Shown here one piece after another: positions 62,156 to 64,000 of a stretch of DNA of 64,000 nucleotides (position 1 is its first letter; the number at the start of each line of letters is the position of its first letter). The DNA comes from Rhizobium sp. NFR07. GTDB taxonomy: Bacteria; Pseudomonadota; Alphaproteobacteria; Rhizobiales; Rhizobiaceae. The stretch is taken from assembly GCF_900111905.1 (NCBI RefSeq), contig NZ_FOKM01000019.1, forward strand, positions 57,172 through 121,171. Reading direction: 5' to 3'. The notes under the pieces were generated by a model. The model made no database searches, had not been told where the DNA came from, and saw only the letters and a list, made by a program, of their open reading frames with translations. Made by a program: the position numbers and the translations under genes.

Positions 62156-62240
62156 GGAGGGATGCCCGAGTGGTTAAAGGGGACGGACTGTAAATCCGTT
62201 GGCTCAGCCTACGTTGGTTCAAATCCAACTCCCTCCACCA
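62156..62240 (+). tRNA. tRNA-Tyr (anticodon GTA)
   Basis: GGAGGGATGCCCGAGTGGTTAAAGGGGACGGACTGTAAATCCGTT...CCCTCCACCA; long variable arm; encoded CCA. Confidence 0.9.
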
Positions 62241-62269
62241 TTCTGTCACCGGATCGGAACCAAAATACC

Positions 62270-62343
62270 GCGGGTATAGCTCAATGGTAGAGCAGCAGCC
62301 TTCCAAGCTGAATACGCGGGTTCGATTCCCGCTACCCGCTCCA
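62270..62343 (+). tRNA. tRNA-Gly (anticodon TCC)
   Basis: GCGGGTATAGCTCAATGGTAGAGCAGCAGCCTTCCAAGCTG...GCTCCA; anticodon loop CTTCCAA. Confidence 0.85.
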
Positions 62344-62440
62344 AGCTTTCCTTTCTTTCTATAGCATCGTCTCCTGCGGTCCTGTCCGCCAGGGTGCCGG
62401 TTTTCGCGTTTGCGGGCCGCGCGCAGGAGAGGATTTAATC

Positions 62441-62620
62441 ATGATGTCTTTACCAGCTATCGTCGGTCTCGCGCTCGGCGCGTCGGGTTTCGCCGCCTTC
62501 AGCGGCAAGAACCGCACAAAGCCGCTCGGCCGCAGGCTTCTCTATTTCTTCGGCGGTTTTGTCGGCACGATCGTCGTGCTTCTGGCTGTGAACTTCGCCA
62601 TCTACGCCGCCAATCAATAA
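62441..62620 (+). CDS. Small membrane protein (59 aa, 2 TM) between tRNA-Gly and tuf
   Basis: GGAGAGGA SD 7 nt upstream of ATG; product MMSLPAIVGLALGASGFAAFSGKNRTKPLGRRLLYFFGGFVGTIVVLLAVNFAIYAANQ; below the 60-aa ORF-track cut-off. Confidence 0.45.
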   Translation: MMSLPAIVGLALGASGFAAFSGKNRTKPLGRRLLYFFGGFVGTIVVLLAVNFAIYAANQ

Positions 62621-62818
62621 TGCAATGCGCGTTGCGGTATGGTGCCATCAAGGCGCCGATCGCGGCGTCCGTCCCGCGTTTTTTACGGTCGCGGCCTTCG
62701 CGACCTTCGCCCTCGACCACGCGCAGCATTTATGTCTTGCGCATTCCAGCCGAAACCCTTAAACGGCTGCACCAAACCCGGTTCCGGGTCCACCTCTTAT
62801 GTTCACAGGAAGCATTCA

Positions 62819-63994
<1,176 letters not shown>

Positions 63995-64000
63995 TCGATA

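Overview
This 64 kb window looks like a high-GC alphaproteobacterial chromosome (Rhizobium/Agrobacterium-like) that is dense with housekeeping genes. The core genes I can support are rpmG, rnr, topA, plsY, pyrB plus a neighbouring dihydroorotase-like gene, aidB-like, ruvX, gatC/gatA/gatB, aat, accB/accC, aroQ, rne, an N-acetylmuramoyl-L-alanine amidase, mrcA, prfB, nadK, rlmB, tRNA-Thr, tRNA-Tyr, tRNA-Gly and tuf. Several short accessory stretches that look lower in GC by eye (not computed) sit between these core blocks. (1) At the left edge there is a decayed HigB/HigA-type toxin-antitoxin locus with a frameshifted toxin, next to a gene remnant spread over three frames. (2) A lone small serine recombinase lies between topA and plsY, bracketed by a ~15 bp direct repeat whose second copy is inside the plsY 3' end. 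(3) A ribbon-helix-helix/PIN (VapBC-like) pair with unusually long components lies between pyrB and aidB. (4) The largest accessory unit is a complete Type-III-like cellulose synthase operon (BcsN-like lipoprotein, bcsA with PilZ domain, bcsB, GH8 bcsZ, TPR BcsK-like) flanked by ~0.9 and ~1.2 kb AT-rich non-coding regions. (5) A ~4.5 kb insert separates gatCA from gatB and carries GNAT genes, an SPFH protein and two tandem tRNA-like genes with non-canonical anticodon loops or acceptor stem. The pyrB-adjacent dihydroorotase homologue shows His-to-Arg loss in the metal-binding motif and may be a PyrC'-type pseudoenzyme. prfB carries the classical CTT TGA C programmed +1 frameshift. I saw no CRISPR array, integrase, transposase or prophage genes. 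All calls come from reading the sequence and ORF translations by eye; no database search was run.
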